From IMG/VR virus record IMGVR_UViG_3300042389_000953, positions 1 through 55,927 of that record: a stretch of DNA of 55,927 nt; one strand, given 5' to 3'. The notes beneath the pieces are model-generated. The model was not told the origin of the DNA and did not search any database. It saw only the letters and a list, made by a program, of their open reading frames with translations. Shown here piece by piece: positions 1-9,988 of the stretch. This stretch comes from a virus (lineage: Duplodnaviria; Caudoviricetes). Position 1 is the first letter of the stretch; every line of letters begins with the position of its first letter. The position numbers and the translations under genes were made by a program.

Positions 1-70
1 GGCTGAGCTGTAGGGGCTGAGCTGTAGGGGCTGAGCTGTAGGGGCTGAGCTGTAGGGGCTGAGCTGTAGG
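1..70. repeat. Tandem repeat, 14 bp GGCTGAGCTGTAGG x5 (runs off the left edge)
   Basis: Five exact copies read directly. Confidence 0.97.
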
Positions 71-80
71 GGGTGGCCCG

Positions 81-157
81 CCCTCACCCCTCACCCCTCA
101 CCCCTCACCCCTCACCCCTCACCCCTGAGCCCTGAGCCCTGAGCCCTGAGCCCTGAG
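81..157. repeat. Heptamer tandem arrays (CCCTCAC)x6 then (CCCTGAG)x5
   Basis: Read directly; 7-bp phase is kept across the switch at 123. Confidence 0.97.
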
Positions 158-188
158 CCCTGGCCCGCTTAGCTAAGCGTGGCGACGT

Positions 189-314
189 TGCGCACCCTCG
201 CAGTAGCTAACCGCTGCAGAGCTGCGCACCCTCGCAGTAGCTAACCGCTGCAGAGCTGCGCACCCTCGCAGTAGCCAACCGCTGCAGAGCTGCGCACCCT
301 CGCAGTAGCTAACC
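189..314. repeat. Tandem repeat, 34 bp TGCGCACCCTCGCAGTAGCTAACCGCTGCAGAGC x~3.7
   Basis: Copies at 189, 223, 257 (1 mismatch), 291 (partial). Confidence 0.95.
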
Positions 315-346
315 CGCCGCACCTTACGGCCGCCGATCACATCACA

Positions 347-395
347 CTAGCGTGATGTCGTCGGATCTCAGGCACAACGCTAGCGTGATGTCGTC
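347..395. repeat. Direct repeat CTAGCGTGATGTCGTC x2; first copy overlaps imperfect palindrome ATCACACTAGCGTGAT
   Basis: Copies at 347-362 and 380-395. Confidence 0.85.
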
Positions 396-607
396 AGGTC
401 CGAGGCATAACGGTAGTGTGATAGGGTCCTTCCTGGCCCCCCAGACCGCGAGGGGTTTCGAAGCGCAAATTATTCCTAGGCACGACGCTCAAAAGTTGTT
501 TCGATAGCACTAAAAACACACTTATCCCTACCCACAAAAAATCGAAAACCGGCCATGGTAGCACGGAAATCCACCCATGGCCTATAAGCAACGCTACAAT
601 CAGAAAC

Positions 608-1183
608 ATGGCACTGATTTCAAAGGCGGACGCGGCACGAGCCCTCGGCGTTACCAGTGAAGCGGTCTACGCAGCAATTCGTACAAACCGTCTATCGGTG
701 GTACGCACCGGGGACGGTCGTGAACTCGTAAATTCCGCCACCATGCGCGAGGAATGGGACCGCAACACCCAGAAACGCATCGGCCGCGGCCCTAAGCCCC
801 CTGCTGGAACGACCGAACGCACCCCTAAGCGGCCTGGGGAACTGACCCCCCAGGAGCGCCGCGATCAACAGGCCGATTCAGGCGGCAACCTGGCGGAAAC
901 CAACGAGGCCATACCCGATTACAACGAGTCCCGCGCCCGCACCGAGCACCTAAAAGCCGAGCTATTAGAGCTGGAACGCAAGGAAAAAGAGCGAATTTTG
1001 GTAAAAGCGGAGGAAGTTGAGGCCAAATGGGTCGAAATTATCACCATGGCCCGCACTAAGATTTTGGGTATCCCCACAAAGGCCAAACAGCGCATCCCCG
1101 ACCTCGACACCGACGCCATAAGCCTCCTCGACGACATCGTAAGAGAGACGCTGGAAGATCTCGCTGCTAAATCTGACGCCTAA
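608..1183 (+). CDS. terS: Terminase small subunit (Nu1-like)
   Basis: N-terminal HTH (ISKADAARALGVTSEAVYAAI), coiled-coil C-half, directly upstream of TerL. Confidence 0.85.
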   Translation: MALISKADAARALGVTSEAVYAAIRTNRLSVVRTGDGRELVNSATMREEWDRNTQKRIGRGPKPPAGTTERTPKRPGELTPQERRDQQADSGGNLAETNEAIPDYNESRARTEHLKAELLELERKEKERILVKAEEVEAKWVEIITMARTKILGIPTKAKQRIPDLDTDAISLLDDIVRETLEDLAAKSDA

Positions 1184-1193
1184 GTACTTACAC

Positions 1194-3062
1194 ATGGTAA
1201 CTACGCCGCTTAGCAGTATTGTTCGCCTGGAAAGTGCGGCGCTTAGCGCCTTCAAACCCCCGCGCCGCCTCACGCTTAGCGAGTGGGCCGACACCTACGC
1301 CTACCTCAGCGTCGAGAGCAGCGCCGAGGGTGGCCGCTGGCACACCCTCCCCTACCAGAAGGGGATCATGGACGCCATAAGTGATCCGCTAATTGAACAA
1401 GTAACCCTTATGAAGTCGGCACGTGTTGGCTACTCCAAAATCCTCAACCATGTAATCGCCTATCACATCCACCAAGACCCCTGCCCCCTGATGTTGGTGC
1501 AGCCCACCATCGAAGACGCGCAGGGCTATTCCAAGGAAGAAATCGCGCCCATGCTGCGCGACACCCCCTGCCTAGCCGGCCTCGTAAGCGACGCCAAAGC
1601 TAAGGACGGCGCCAACACGATCCTGCAGAAGCAATTTCCGGGTGGAACGCTAAGCCTTGTCGGGGCCAACTCGCCGCGGGGCTTCCGTCGTGTGAGCCGC
1701 CGCGTCGTCCTGTTCGACGAAACCGATGGCTACCCGCCCTCGGCTGGTACGGAGGGCGACCAAATCAAGCTCGGCATCCGCCGAACCGAGTATTACTGGA
1801 ACCGCAAAATCGTCGCCGGCTCCACCCCCACCATCAAGGACTTCAGCCGCATCGAGCGCCTCTTCGCCCAAGGCGATCAGCGCCGCTACTTCGTGCCCTG
1901 CCCCCACTGCAACCACATGCAGTACCTGCGTTGGGCTCAGATGACCTGGACCGACAACGACCCCTCCACCACCGCCTACAAGTGCGAATCCTGCAACGAA
2001 CTCATCCCACACTCTAAGAAGCGTTGGATGGTCGAACGCGGCGAATGGCGCTCCACAATCCCCGGCAACGGCAAGCACGTAAGTTTCCACATTTGGGCCG
2101 CCTACTCCTATTCCCCCAACGCCTCATGGTCTAATTTGGTCGAAGAGTTCTTGGAGTCGAAGAACGACGCCGAGCAACTAAAGACCTTCGTAAACACCGT
2201 CTTAGGCGAGGTCTGGGAAGATGAATACGCCTCCAAGATCGGCGCCTCCGCCCTGCTGGAACGCACCGCCAAGGAGACCTACCAAGCCCTCATCGTCCCC
2301 TCCTCCGCCCTGGCGCTCACGATCGGCTGCGACTGCCAGGACGACCGCCTAAGTCTCAGCGTCTGGGCGTGGGGACGCGAAGAGGAGGCGTGGCTCATCG
2401 ACCGCAGCAAACTCTACGGCGACCCCTCACGCCCCGACGTATGGAAACAACTCGACGAAGTATTAGCACGTCCATTCTTAAGCGAAGACGGAATTGACCT
2501 GCGAATTAGTGTGTGCGCAATCGACTCTGGCGGCCACCACACCGCCACCGTCTACGCCTACGCCCGCGACCGCGCCGCCCAGGGCGTCATCGCCATCAAA
2601 GGCATGTCCACTAAGGGCAAGCCACCAATCGGCAAGGCCAGCAAGGTCGATCTCAACCACAAAGGCCAAACCTTACGCAAAGGCGCCCAAGTATTCCCCG
2701 TAGGCTCCGACGCTATCAAATCGCTGCTATTCGGCCGCCTAAAACACAACGAACCCGGTCCCGGCTACCTCCACTTCCACGCCAAAACACCCCTCGACTA
2801 TTTTGAGGAACTAACTGCCGAAAAGCAGGTAATGCGCTACAAGAACGGCTACCCCCAGCGCGTCTGGGTAAAGAAGAGCAGCCAGCCCAACGAAGCCCTC
2901 GACGAACTCGTCTACGCCTACGCCTCCCTGCACCGCCTCTACCAGCTCTACGACCGCCGCACCATTTGGGAGCAGCTGGAACGCAAGCTCCGCCCCTCCC
3001 CCGACGACGCCCCCTCCCAACCCGCCCGCTCCTCCGCCGCCTTCAACGTCCTCGGCCGCTAA
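1194..3062 (+). CDS. terL: Terminase large subunit, lambda gpA family
   Basis: MKSARVGYS Walker A variant, VVLFDETD Walker B, STPT, CPHC..C..C, IDSGG, NEALD motifs. Confidence 0.96.
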   Translation: MVTTPLSSIVRLESAALSAFKPPRRLTLSEWADTYAYLSVESSAEGGRWHTLPYQKGIMDAISDPLIEQVTLMKSARVGYSKILNHVIAYHIHQDPCPLMLVQPTIEDAQGYSKEEIAPMLRDTPCLAGLVSDAKAKDGANTILQKQFPGGTLSLVGANSPRGFRRVSRRVVLFDETDGYPPSAGTEGDQIKLGIRRTEYYWNRKIVAGSTPTIKDFSRIERLFAQGDQRRYFVPCPHCNHMQYLRWAQMTWTDNDPSTTAYKCESCNELIPHSKKRWMVERGEWRSTIPGNGKHVSFHIWAAYSYSPNASWSNLVEEFLESKNDAEQLKTFVNTVLGEVWEDEYASKIGASALLERTAKETYQALIVPSSALALTIGCDCQDDRLSLSVWAWGREEEAWLIDRSKLYGDPSRPDVWKQLDEVLARPFLSEDGIDLRISVCAIDSGGHHTATVYAYARDRAAQGVIAIKGMSTKGKPPIGKASKVDLNHKGQTLRKGAQVFPVGSDAIKSLLFGRLKHNEPGPGYLHFHAKTPLDYFEELTAEKQVMRYKNGYPQRVWVKKSSQPNEALDELVYAYASLHRLYQLYDRRTIWEQLERKLRPSPDDAPSQPARSSAAFNVLGR

Positions 3063-3164
3063 GCCGCAGCGCCCCCACGCCTCGCGTCCACTAAGCCAGC
3101 GCAGTGCTTACCGCGTATCACTGCAACGCTTACCACCTAGACTTAGGCGAAACGTAGTAGTCAG

Positions 3165-3416
3165 ATGGCGTCTCCAGCTGCGCAACGTCTAGCGGACCTG
3201 GAAGCAGTAGAAGCCGCTATTCGCACCCTTATCTCAGGTGCGCAAGAATATCGGATCGGCACACCTACAGGTGGTCGTATGGTGAAACGCGCCGACCTGG
3301 CGCAGCTCATCCAGTGGCGCGATCAGCTCAAAGCCGAAATCGCCCGCGACCGCATGGCCAACAGCCTGAACGCCGGCCGCGGCGATGGTCGCTCCCTCTA
3401 CGTCCGCTTCAACTGA
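3165..3416 (+). CDS. Head-tail joining protein, gpW-like
   Basis: Size, position between TerL and portal, QEYRIG..R.VKRADL pattern. Confidence 0.75.
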   Translation: MASPAAQRLADLEAVEAAIRTLISGAQEYRIGTPTGGRMVKRADLAQLIQWRDQLKAEIARDRMANSLNAGRGDGRSLYVRFN

Positions 3417-3422
3417 GCCACC

Positions 3423-5015
3423 ATGGGCCTTCGCACTTGGTTCCGCCGCCAGCTCGCCATTGCGCGACACGGCCGCCGCGCCTACGACGCCGCTAAGTGG
3501 AACCGCTTCACGGCTGACTTCCTCGCCTCCGGCAACAGCGCCGACGCCGAGATCCGCGGCAGCCTCAAGGTGCTACGCAACCGCAGCCGTGCGCTGGTCC
3601 GCGACAACCCCTACGCCCGCCAAGCCAAGCGCACCACCCAAATCAACGTCGTCGGCGCCCGCGGCATCCAAATGCAGCCCCAGGTGCTCCGCCCTGACGG
3701 CAGCGAAAAGGACGAGCGCCGCAACGCCGCCCTCCTCGCCGCCTGGAACCACTGGTGCCGCCCCGACTCCTGCGACGTAACCGGCCGCCTCAGCTTCCAC
3801 GGGATCGAACTCAGCATCGTCGGCGCCCTACCCGAATCCGGCGAGATCGGCATCCGCCTGGTCCGCCAGCCCATGGGCCGCAGCAAAGTCCCCCTAAGCC
3901 TGGAGCTAATCGAAGCCGATCAAATCGACGACGAATACACCGGACTTAGCGACCGCCCTAAGCACTACTGGCGTATGGGTGTTGAGCTAAATGAATGGGG
4001 CAGGCCCACCCGCTACGCAATTCTGCGTAAGCACCCTGGTGACGTTGAGTTCACCAACTACATCGGCAGTAATGAGAAGCATCTCTTTATTGATGCTGCC
4101 GATTTTATACACGTTTTTATGCCTGAGCGCGTCGGGCAGACACGCGGAGTCCCCTGGTTCGCCTCGGTAATTACTACGTCGTGGAATCTCGGTAAGTACG
4201 AGGAGGCGCACTGGACGCGGAAGCGTGTGCAGGCCAACAGCCTCGGCTGGATCCAGACCCCCGAGCCTGAGACCTTCGGCAGCACCAACCCCGACGGCAC
4301 GCCCGCCCTGGAGGACAGCAAGCGCCTCTGGAACACCGAGCCCGGCAGCTACAACTTCTTGCTCCCCGGCGAAACCGCCATCCCGCCCGACTTCGGCCCC
4401 GACGACGGCCAATACGAAGCGGTGGTACGCACCCTCGCCCGCCGCTTCGCCGCCGGCTACGGCTGCTCCTACGAGACCCTTAGCCGTGACTTTTCGGACA
4501 CCAATTACAGCTCCTCCAGGCTCAGCATCTTGGAAGACCGTGATCACTGGCGCGTAATCCAGTCGGTACTAATTCAGCAGGTACACCAGCGCGTATTTGA
4601 GGAGTGGCTCGCCGCGGCCGCGCTCGCTGAGCTGCCCATGCCGATGTTCAGCGACGTATGGACCCGACCTGAGCGCTACAACACCCCGCACTGGCAGGCT
4701 CGCGCCTGGAGCTGGGTCGATCCGGCCAAAGAGATGAAGGCCATGGAAATGAGCCGCGCCCTGCAGCTCCAAACCCACGCCGAACAAATCATGGAGTACA
4801 CCGGCAACGACTTCATGAGCACCATGACCACCATCAGCAAGGAGAACGAACTCAAACAAGAACTCGGCCTAAGCGGCGCCTCCCCCGCTCCCACCTCCAC
4901 CGATCCACCCACAGAAACCCCCGGCCGCAACATCGAACCCCTCTACTTAGAGGGCGAGGACGAGCCCATCAACCTCCGCACCGACCTCAGCGCCGCCGCT
5001 AAGCCGCAGCGCTAA
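3423..5015 (+). CDS. Portal protein, lambda family
   Basis: LRNRSRALVRDNPYA, GQTRGVPW, YETLSRDFSDTNYSSSR, WVDPAKE motifs. Confidence 0.95.
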   Translation: MGLRTWFRRQLAIARHGRRAYDAAKWNRFTADFLASGNSADAEIRGSLKVLRNRSRALVRDNPYARQAKRTTQINVVGARGIQMQPQVLRPDGSEKDERRNAALLAAWNHWCRPDSCDVTGRLSFHGIELSIVGALPESGEIGIRLVRQPMGRSKVPLSLELIEADQIDDEYTGLSDRPKHYWRMGVELNEWGRPTRYAILRKHPGDVEFTNYIGSNEKHLFIDAADFIHVFMPERVGQTRGVPWFASVITTSWNLGKYEEAHWTRKRVQANSLGWIQTPEPETFGSTNPDGTPALEDSKRLWNTEPGSYNFLLPGETAIPPDFGPDDGQYEAVVRTLARRFAAGYGCSYETLSRDFSDTNYSSSRLSILEDRDHWRVIQSVLIQQVHQRVFEEWLAAAALAELPMPMFSDVWTRPERYNTPHWQARAWSWVDPAKEMKAMEMSRALQLQTHAEQIMEYTGNDFMSTMTTISKENELKQELGLSGASPAPTSTDPPTETPGRNIEPLYLEGEDEPINLRTDLSAAAKPQR

Positions 5016-5079
5016 GCCGCCCCACTGCCCCTTAGCACTTACCGCCCCCACGCCCCACCGCCCCTTAGCGCCTCCGCTT

Positions 5080-8000
5080 ATGGCCAACGTCAACGGCACC
5101 GAGATCAACCTCATGCCCACCAAGGGGATGCGGGCCGAGGCCGAGCGCTACCGCGCCTGGAAGGCCGAGGGACGCAAAGGTGGCACCTCCGTAGCAGCCC
5201 GCCGCGCCACCCAAATCCTCAGCGGTAATGAGCTGAGCCCCGCCACCGTCATCACGATGTCCGCCTGGTTCGCTCGCCACGAAGTGGACAAGCAGGGCGA
5301 CGGCTACTCACCGGGCAGCCCCGCTTATCCGTCACCCGGCCGCGTCGCCTGGGCCGCCTGGGGCGGCGATCCCGGCAAGACCTGGGCCGACGCTAAGGCC
5401 AAAACCATAAAAAGCGCCACCGATAGACTGCACAACACAACAACTATGGCCGTGATGGACGCCACCGCCGATCAGCAACGCGAGCTGACGCCAGACCTTA
5501 CAGCTCCCCAAGTTGCGCTCTACGAAGCCTTGGAGGAAATTGTCGATGATCTCGGTCAGTTTGATCAGGGCATTGGCGCTCACGGCGCTCATTACATGCC
5601 TGTCAGCCCCTTCGCCAGCGAAGGGATGCAGTGCTCCAACTGCATCTTTTACGCCGGCCCTCGCGCTTGCGAAGTCGTCGCTGGCGACATCGCCCCCGAA
5701 GGCGCCTGCAAGTTCTGGATCATCCCAGAACAGCTGCTCACCCCCCAGGCTGACGCCTCAGCCGAAGGCCGTACCGCTACCTCTGCCGATGAAGTGCGCC
5801 TCGCCGCTAAGTCTGTGCGTGACTACGCAGCCCAACGCGCCGCAGCCGGCGAGCTGAGTGAGGGCGATTTCGTTGCCTGGCAGTCCAGCGGTGGCACGGC
5901 CCGCGGGCGCATCGAACACGTCATGCGTACCGGCACCCTCGGCGTCCCCGGCAGCGACTTCAGCATCGACGCCTCCGCCGACGACCCCGCCGCCCTGATT
6001 CGCATCTACCGCCCTAAGCAGGACGGCTGGAGCGAAACCGAAACCCTCGTCGGCCATAAGTTTTCGACGCTCCGCAAGATCGAGCCCCTCGACGAACCTT
6101 CGGACGACAGCGAAGACGACCGCAGCCTGGAACAGCGCCCTTACCCCAACGAACACGCTGCCCGCCTCTTAGACCCCGGCCAGTTCGACCGCTTCCGCCG
6201 CAAGAACAACGACTTCGCCCAAGGTATCGACTCCATTTACGGAATCAAAGGCGACGATCCCGTGCGCCTACAAGCCCTACGCTTCGACGCCGCACGCTTT
6301 ACAGTAAGTGAAGCTAAGAAGTGGCTTAGCGATCACGACTACACGCCCATCTCCTTTGAGCCCGCTACAGGCAAGTCCATGGACGGCAAAATCGACATCA
6401 AGGCCATCAGTAAGGAAGTGCTTAGGCGCGAAGCTCCGCAAGGTCTCCGCGTCGAAGAAAGCACCACTACGGGGCTTACCTTTAGCTTCAGCTCCGAGGC
6501 GCCCGTGGAGCGCTGGTGGGGCCGCGAGGTGCTGATGCACGATGACGGCGCCATGGACCTGGCCCGCATGAACGACGGCGGCCCCTGGCTCTGGAACCAC
6601 AACCGCGACGTGGTGCTCGGCGTCGCCGAAAAAGCCTGGCTTGGCGACGATCGCCGCCTCTACGTCAAAACGAAATGGAGCCCCAACACCACCGAAAAAG
6701 GCACCGAAGAATACAAGCGTCGTCGTGACATCGAAGCGGGCATCGTCCGCAACGTATCCTTCGCCTACGAGATCAACGATGTGCGCGAAGCATCCAACGG
6801 CGACATGCAAGTAGTGGGCTGGAACGTTCTGGAAGTCTCCTCAGTAAGCGTGCCCGCCGACCAGACCGTTGGCCTGGGCCGCGCACTCGACGACACCAAC
6901 ACATCTCCCACGCCACTTACGACGCAAGAAACAAATCAAGCGTCAACCCCTACACTAGAAACTAAGCAGACCGCCGAGCGCGGAGCTGACTTCCCCCAAG
7001 ATCCTCCATCCATGGAACAAGCCACCAACGTTCAGGAGGTCCAATCCGCCGCTCGGCAGTCCGAGCGTGAGCGTGTTGCGGCCATCCGCGCCATGTGCGC
7101 CCAGCACCAGATCGGCACCGATCTGGCTGACACCCTCATCGACAACGAATCCACCCTCGACCAAGCCCGCGAAGCCGTGCTGAACCAAATCGGACGCACC
7201 CGCGTCGAAGTCCAAGGTCGCGTCCATGACGACGACTCCGCCGCCCTCGGCCTCACCGACAAGGAAGTTCGCAGCTTCTCCTTCGTCCGCGCCCTCAACC
7301 ACCTCATCGCCCCCGGCGATCGCGCTGCCCGCGAAGCCGCCGCGTTTGAAATCGAGGTCGGCAAGGCTGCCGCCGAGAAGTATCAGCGCTCCTCCAACGG
7401 CATCGTCATCCCCAACGAAGTGCTCCGCCGCGACCTCGTGGTCGGCACCAGCACCGCCGGTGGCAACCTCGTCTCCACCGATCTGCTGAGCGGCAGCTTC
7501 ATCGACCTCCTGCGTAACCGCATGGCGATGATGCAAGCCGGCGTCACCATGCTGAGCGGCCTCCAAGGCAACGTAAGCATCCCGAAACAATCTTCCGCCG
7601 CGACCGCTTACTGGGTCGGCGAAAGCGGCTCACCCACCGAGAGCCAGCAGGCAATCGAACAGGTGAACATGACGCCCAAGACCGTGGGCGCCTTCGTCGA
7701 TTACAGCCGCCGCCTGCTGCTCCAGGCTTCGATCGACGTGGAGTCGATGATCCGTGCCGACCTGGCCAAGATCATCGCCCTTGAGCTGGACCGCGCTGCC
7801 ATCTACGGCACGGGCTCCACCAACCAGCCCCTCGGCCTGACCAACACCACCGGCATCGGCGCTCAGACGATCAGCACCTTTGGCACCTTCGCCGAGTACA
7901 TCGGCATGGAAACCGACGTGGCGACCGCCAACGCCGACGCCGGCTCGATGCGCTACATCATCAACGCCGCCGCCCGCGGTGCCCTCAAGAGCACCAGCGT

Positions 8001-8253
8001 CGCCGGCACCGAAGCCAAGTTCGTCTACGAGAACGACGAGATCAACGGCTACCCCGTGATCGTGAGCAACCAGCTCGGCAACAACGACTGCCTCTTCGGC
8101 GACTTCTCCCAGTTCGTCGTGGGCATGTGGTCCGGCCTCGACCTCACCGTCGATCCCTACGCCGGCTCCACCGCTGGCACGGTCCGCGTCATCGCCCTCC
8201 AGGACGTTGACTTCGCGGTCAAGCAACCTGGCGCCTTCTGCTTCGGCACCTGA
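5080..8253 (+). CDS. Fused multidomain prohead protease / scaffold / HK97-fold major capsid protein
   Basis: Protease motifs (FSSEAPV, LWNHN, NVSFAY, EVSSVSVPAD) mid-protein; capsid motifs (AYWVGE, TPKTVGA, GTGSTNQPLG, FGDFS) C-terminal; ~460 aa of extra N-terminal domains. Confidence 0.92.
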   Translation: MANVNGTEINLMPTKGMRAEAERYRAWKAEGRKGGTSVAARRATQILSGNELSPATVITMSAWFARHEVDKQGDGYSPGSPAYPSPGRVAWAAWGGDPGKTWADAKAKTIKSATDRLHNTTTMAVMDATADQQRELTPDLTAPQVALYEALEEIVDDLGQFDQGIGAHGAHYMPVSPFASEGMQCSNCIFYAGPRACEVVAGDIAPEGACKFWIIPEQLLTPQADASAEGRTATSADEVRLAAKSVRDYAAQRAAAGELSEGDFVAWQSSGGTARGRIEHVMRTGTLGVPGSDFSIDASADDPAALIRIYRPKQDGWSETETLVGHKFSTLRKIEPLDEPSDDSEDDRSLEQRPYPNEHAARLLDPGQFDRFRRKNNDFAQGIDSIYGIKGDDPVRLQALRFDAARFTVSEAKKWLSDHDYTPISFEPATGKSMDGKIDIKAISKEVLRREAPQGLRVEESTTTGLTFSFSSEAPVERWWGREVLMHDDGAMDLARMNDGGPWLWNHNRDVVLGVAEKAWLGDDRRLYVKTKWSPNTTEKGTEEYKRRRDIEAGIVRNVSFAYEINDVREASNGDMQVVGWNVLEVSSVSVPADQTVGLGRALDDTNTSPTPLTTQETNQASTPTLETKQTAERGADFPQDPPSMEQATNVQEVQSAARQSERERVAAIRAMCAQHQIGTDLADTLIDNESTLDQAREAVLNQIGRTRVEVQGRVHDDDSAALGLTDKEVRSFSFVRALNHLIAPGDRAAREAAAFEIEVGKAAAEKYQRSSNGIVIPNEVLRRDLVVGTSTAGGNLVSTDLLSGSFIDLLRNRMAMMQAGVTMLSGLQGNVSIPKQSSAATAYWVGESGSPTESQQAIEQVNMTPKTVGAFVDYSRRLLLQASIDVESMIRADLAKIIALELDRAAIYGTGSTNQPLGLTNTTGIGAQTISTFGTFAEYIGMETDVATANADAGSMRYIINAAARGALKSTSVAGTEAKFVYENDEINGYPVIVSNQLGNNDCLFGDFSQFVVGMWSGLDLTVDPYAGSTAGTVRVIALQDVDFAVKQPGAFCFGT

Positions 8254-8258
8254 TCGCC

Positions 8259-8483
8259 ATGAGGATCGAGATCCTTCGCTCAGTGATGGTCTCGGGGGAG
8301 CCGGTAAGCGCCGGCTCCATCCTTGAAGCCACCCCCGCTGACGCCCATCTGCTCATCGGCATGAACAAGGCGCAGCTCGCCCCCGAGCCCGCTCCCGAAC
8401 CTGCCGTAGAGCCCGCCCTCATCTGTGAGGCCCCCAAGCGGCCCCGCAAAACCACCCCAACCCCCACCGCCGAGGAGGCTTGA
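8259..8483 (+). CDS. Small hypothetical protein downstream of capsid
   Basis: ATG ORF in operon with phage-like codon use. Confidence 0.65.
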   Translation: MRIEILRSVMVSGEPVSAGSILEATPADAHLLIGMNKAQLAPEPAPEPAVEPALICEAPKRPRKTTPTPTAEEA

Positions 8484-8486
8484 CCA

Positions 8487-8876
8487 ATGGCCCTCATTCA
8501 ACAGGCGCTCGACAAGCTTGAGCTGCTGTCCTTCCACGCTACCGCCGCTCGCACCGCGACCGGCAGCGCCACCGGCCTCGACCTGCAGGCATACGACGGC
8601 GATGTCGTGCTCGTGCTCGACTCCGCCGCCGCCAGCGCCGGCACCAACCCCACCCTCGACGTGACCGTCGAGGCCAGCGACACCCTCGGTGGCACCTACG
8701 CCGCCGTCACCGGCGCCGCCTTCACCCGCGTCACCAGCACTGCCTCGCACCAGAAGCTCGTGATCAGCTCGGATGAAACCGCCCGCTTCGTTCGCGTCAC
8801 CTACACGATCGGTGGCACCAGCAGCCCCTCCTTCACCTTCTCGGTGAATGGCCTTGGCGTCAAGAAGTACGGCTAA
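8487..8876 (+). CDS. Putative capsid decoration/cement protein
   Basis: Beta-rich Ala/Thr protein after capsid gene, strongly biased codons. Confidence 0.6.
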   Translation: MALIQQALDKLELLSFHATAARTATGSATGLDLQAYDGDVVLVLDSAAASAGTNPTLDVTVEASDTLGGTYAAVTGAAFTRVTSTASHQKLVISSDETARFVRVTYTIGGTSSPSFTFSVNGLGVKKYG

Positions 8877-8890
8877 GCCGCACCTCCACC

Positions 8891-8934
8891 AAGCCCAGCT
8901 AGGCCGCGCACCGTCGTCGCTTAGCTGGGCTTTT
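8891..8934 (+). terminator. Putative intrinsic terminator after head genes
   Basis: Stem AAGCCCAGCTAGGC / GCTTAGCTGGGCTT with short T run. Confidence 0.65.
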
Positions 8935-8954
8935 CCTTACGCACGTTGCCTCCG

Positions 8955-9389
8955 ATGATCACCGAAGACACCGGCCTGTACCTAGCCGACTTCGGCGTAA
9001 GCGTTGTGGCAGGCACCGCATCCGGCCTAGGCATTCTCGACATGCCCAGCGAACTAATCGTCGATGGCCAAGTAATCAGCACCGAATACACACTTACTTG
9101 CGAATCCTCTAAGTTTGGCGACCTACTCTACGGCTCAAAACTTACCGTAAACGGCGCAGCCTATACCGTACGCGCCAACGTCCTAATTAGCGACGGGGTG
9201 TTCACGCAACTATCCTTACAACGCGACCTGGAAACCACGCACAGCACTTCCACCACCCCGATTAGCGCTAACGGTGCGAGGGTCTCGATCGACGACCTCG
9301 GCCTAGATCAGCTCAACCCACTGATCGACGGCGGTGCCGCCTCCACCACTTACATTGATGGCAACGACATCAGTGGGGGTACAGCATGA
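8955..9389 (+). CDS. Head-tail connector/closure protein (gpFII-like)
   Basis: Position; GILD, LTVNG..YTVR....DG pattern; ATG 8955 preferred to TTG 8946. Confidence 0.65.
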   Translation: MITEDTGLYLADFGVSVVAGTASGLGILDMPSELIVDGQVISTEYTLTCESSKFGDLLYGSKLTVNGAAYTVRANVLISDGVFTQLSLQRDLETTHSTSTTPISANGARVSIDDLGLDQLNPLIDGGAASTTYIDGNDISGGTA

Positions 9390-9988
9390 GCACCATCGCC
9401 CAGATCCAACTGCGCACGGACACCGCAGCGGCCTGGACCGCTGCCAACCCCACGCTCCTCTCCGGCGAGATGGGCATCGAGTCCGACACGCGCAAAATCA
9501 AGGTCGGCACCGGCTCCACCACCTGGAACGCCCTCCCCTACTTCCTGGCCGGCGTCCACGTCCGCGGCCAAGCCAGTTACGCCAACACCGGCACCGTAAG
9601 CATCGCCACCCAAGGCACCTACGTCTCCACCGGCCTAACCGCAACCTTCGACTCCACCACCGCCTACGGCCTAAGCCTCGGCACCACCGACCTTTTCGCG
9701 CTGAAAAACACGAGCGGCTCTGCGCAGCTCGTAAGTGTAAATGCAGCCGTTGATGCACATGCCGGTAACAACCAGATTATTGGGCTTCGCCTAGCTAAGA
9801 ACGGCACAGGCATTACCGAAACCGAATGCCGTACCTTTAGCAGCAGTAATGACGCCCCGCTAATTACGCATTGGCTTGTCAACATGGCCGCCAACGACGA
9901 ACTTAGTCTGCAGGTAGCCAACCACAGCAATAATACAAACATCACGCTTAAGCGAGGCCGCATCGTCGCCTTCGGAGTAAGTCAGTGA
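9386..9988 (+). CDS. Virion fibre-like protein with hyaluronidase/Mtd-type N-terminal motif
   Basis: IQLRTDTAAAWTAANPTLLSGEMGIESDT.KIKVGTG.T.WN.LPY. Confidence 0.7.
   Translation: MSTIAQIQLRTDTAAAWTAANPTLLSGEMGIESDTRKIKVGTGSTTWNALPYFLAGVHVRGQASYANTGTVSIATQGTYVSTGLTATFDSTTAYGLSLGTTDLFALKNTSGSAQLVSVNAAVDAHAGNNQIIGLRLAKNGTGITETECRTFSSSNDAPLITHWLVNMAANDELSLQVANHSNNTNITLKRGRIVAFGVSQ

Noticed and set aside
81-157. Eukaryotic telomere contamination
   Set aside because: Units differ from canonical telomeric repeats, are not at the extreme end, and similar heptamers (CCCCTTA) occur internally
394-609. 71-aa minus-strand ORF upstream of terS
   Set aside because: No motif; overlaps likely terS promoter/packaging region
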